DNA from: Phoronis australis
Lineage: Eukaryota; Animalia; Phoronida
Assembly (NCBI GenBank): GCA_002633005.1
Contig: NMRA01000915.1
Location: 1 to 35,472 of the forward strand
Reading direction: 5' to 3'
DNA length: 35,472 nt
The stretch's first letter is position 1. Every line of letters begins with the position of its first letter. A model generated the notes under the pieces. It searched no databases, was not told the origin of the DNA, and was given only the letters and a program-made list of their open reading frames with translations. The translations under genes were made by a program, and so were the position numbers. Below, piece by piece: positions 32,849-35,472 of this stretch.

Positions 32849-35472
32849 TCTTAGCGGACAATTTCTTGAGGTATAGACTAAAGTAAGTTTTACTCGATTA
32901 CGTGTGGTTTGTCGGGTAAAATGGCGGCTTGGAAACGCAGACGAAGGTGTGCCAAGAATGCTGGGTTCTGATTGGTCAAATAAGCCGTCCGTCATAATCC
33001 TGGCGATAGGTCAATTGCCGATCGGCCGTCAACCGGCTAGTCAGCTGCTATTTTTAGGCTAGAGTAGCAGTGTAATAGGTTGTCGGGCTGATAGCGCTTC
33101 GCGTGCAGATGCACATTCGTTTCGGCACAGGGTCAAATAAATTAACCTAGTTTTACTGCGTTTCCATTACATGAGTTCACATCGGTTGTGTTCATTGACA
33201 CCACTAATTCGAAGGCAGGAGTCAAACGGTAATATTGAACATTGGATTATCAACAATGCAACAAGTTTTGGATAACAAAACGTTAAAGTTTTCTTTATTT
33301 TTGAACTTTTGGCTCGTGACGTTAACAAGTTGCATTAGATTGGCTGCTTCCCAGTCAATACAACGCCGTAGCCATTTTGTAAACGCAGCTATTTTTTACA
33401 GTCTTCGATCACATTTGTTTTTTGCTTGTGTTACACCGAACTGCATCTTTTTGCGTTTTTAAAATTCCTCACGGGTCTCCTATTACGCGCCCATGATGAT
33501 GGAATAGTGAATGAGTTGTCGCACCAAAGAGGTCTTACTCCGCAAATTTTATTTTCACTGTATTAACCCTTGCAGTAAAGACGCGAAATACACGGAACTT
33601 TATGCCCTAAGCCACGGACTTGGAAGGCCCTAACTTCGAAATTATATGGTTACGATTTCCACGAACTTAGACAGTGACATCAAACACGGAATGACCATTG
33701 CTGAGGCTATTACCAATTTTAGCTTTGCGCATTCCGTTTTTATGCATCGGTGACGGTAAAATATGCTCTAGTTACATGTATCAGTTGGTCGCTGACGTTG
33801 TTCCAAAAACAAATATTTTCTGTCAACATCATATTGACAAATTGTATAATATAAAACAATTTTGAACGGTAAGATGCGAATACGTGGTGAAGAGGTATTT
33901 GTCTCTACGCGGCACGGGATTAAACTGGAACCCTCTGGTACAACACTTCGGGGCGGCAAGTGGCCCCAGTGGATTATTAATTAAAATGCGTTTGCCTGAC
34001 TTACTTGAAGGAATCTGTGTAATATTTCTGATGCTAAAATGTTTAGTGCCGATCATCACGAATTGTTGTGTCGCCTCTCCTTCCCCCCTCTTTCCCTCCG
34101 GAGAGGGTTCTGCACGAGACAAATCTCCCTCCATCCTCTAGCTACACGTACGCCCCTCGGGATGTACACAGAAGCCCGTGTCCTGACTGTTGCATACTTC
34201 TGTATGCATTATACATTGCTCCTTGCTACTTCAAAGGCTTAGTTCTGCCCTTTATATTTACCGTCAATCTTTATGAACTTGTACGTAAAATTTCGTCTTC
34301 TTCACTGTCTTAATCATATTTTCTGAACTTAGAATAAGTAATGATTGTGTAAAAATCTTGCACCTCCATTTTGGTTGATATGAATTCTGATGAGACTGAT
34401 CACACATATCAGTCTGCTCATCGTTTACGGATCGTTTTTGTTCAGTGGCAAGAATTCATGTAAACTACTAGGGAAAAAATTAGATCTTCTATTACACATT
34501 TCGTTAATATTAATTCTTATCAACATCTTATAACATGTCATACCATTCTTAGAAATAGTCGACATTAATCTATTTTAAAGAATAATTTGTAATAAAATTT
34601 ATCAACCACAATTGATTTTGTACACCTGTCGTGCACGTGCAGATATAGTGCCTGTGTACACTTGTACTGCACGCGCGTGCATACTTTACATAGAGGGACA
34701 AAGGGACATTTTCCTCGAACTGCTCCACCGAGAGAGGGTACCGTCTGAAAGGCTAAACATCATTAAGCTTGGAAAAAGTGACAGTTCATTCCACCCTCGT
34801 GTGGTCCCAAAACGATGCAGGGAGTGACCTCCTTCAACATGGAAGAATGATTTCACAAAAAACGGAAAGTATAGGTAATCGATTCCAACATAGGGCACTT
34901 TCACCGTGAGCGGCCCGTAAGAATTTCTTAATAAAAACACAAAAAGATGGTCACTTGAAAGTCGTCAATGGCCTCCTTCAAAATATGAAAATATCTTTTT
35001 TTCAAATATCAAGAAATGCGCTGCAATTGATGTTGTCTGTCAGGTCATCAATTTTTCTCAAGTGATATACAGTTTCGAGAAAAAAAATAAAGCGAAAGTT
35101 TTCTCCGTTATCCCTTGCCAGAGAGGGGCCTCTAGAAAAATATAGTTTTGCATTCGCAAAATTGACTGATTGAATTTAAACATCCAGTAATTTAGTACGC
35201 TCTGCAAAAGCTCCGCTTTACAAATTCTCTCGATTATTTCGAAATGTGTGCGTTTAGACGACCTGTGCTGCAAAAGCTAAGACCCTAACGATAGTGTCCT
35301 GGCCAGGGTCCTCAAAAGGTAAACCATGCACTGATGCAGATTTGTTAAATATTCTCTTGAATTTTCTCTCTTATCCGTTTTTCGCAGTTTTTCTTTTTTT
35401 GTTTTCTCGACTGTCCCCGTCAACACGCCTATGTGGGTTGCCACGGTTTAACCCAGACGCCTGAAAAGTTTT

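Larger units (their letters stand above)
30780..33100. mobile_element. Decayed, internally deleted two-ORF THAP DNA transposon (ISL2EU/PIF-Harbinger-like); ends approximate
   Basis: Inverted matches 30931-30944/33003-33016 (14 bp) and 30976-30985/32909-32918 (10 bp); ccgac-rich subterminal blocks; convergent ORF relics starting at 30995 (+) and 32848 (-). Confidence 0.55.

Overview
This is eukaryotic (animal, probably a marine invertebrate) genomic DNA, AT-rich and full of introns. Most of the window (1-30099, minus strand) is one dual oxidase (DUOX) gene. I reconstructed 25 GT-AG exons whose phases join into one open frame of 1304 complete codons: peroxidase-homology domain, TM, linker, two EF-hands, ferric-reductase TM domain, FAD domain and the start of the NADPH-binding domain. 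The first (signal-peptide) exon was not found, and the 3' exons lie beyond the window start. Introns and upstream DNA carry many transposon relics. These are a 5'-truncated LINE flanked by a 105-bp duplication that copies a DUOX exon end and its splice donor, an internally deleted Kolobok element (THAP transposase N-terminus plus convergent KolX/P2X7-ballast-like N-terminus), a decayed two-ORF THAP element with a nested 5-bp-TSD MITE, a decayed RTE-like fragment, MITEs, a long hairpin and a CTCF-motif cluster. I see no strong evidence for a wholly new system. The most notable items are the exon-preserving long duplication around the LINE, the strongly degenerate DUOX peroxidase active site and the Kolobok relic. 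Family assignments come from remembered motifs, not database searches.
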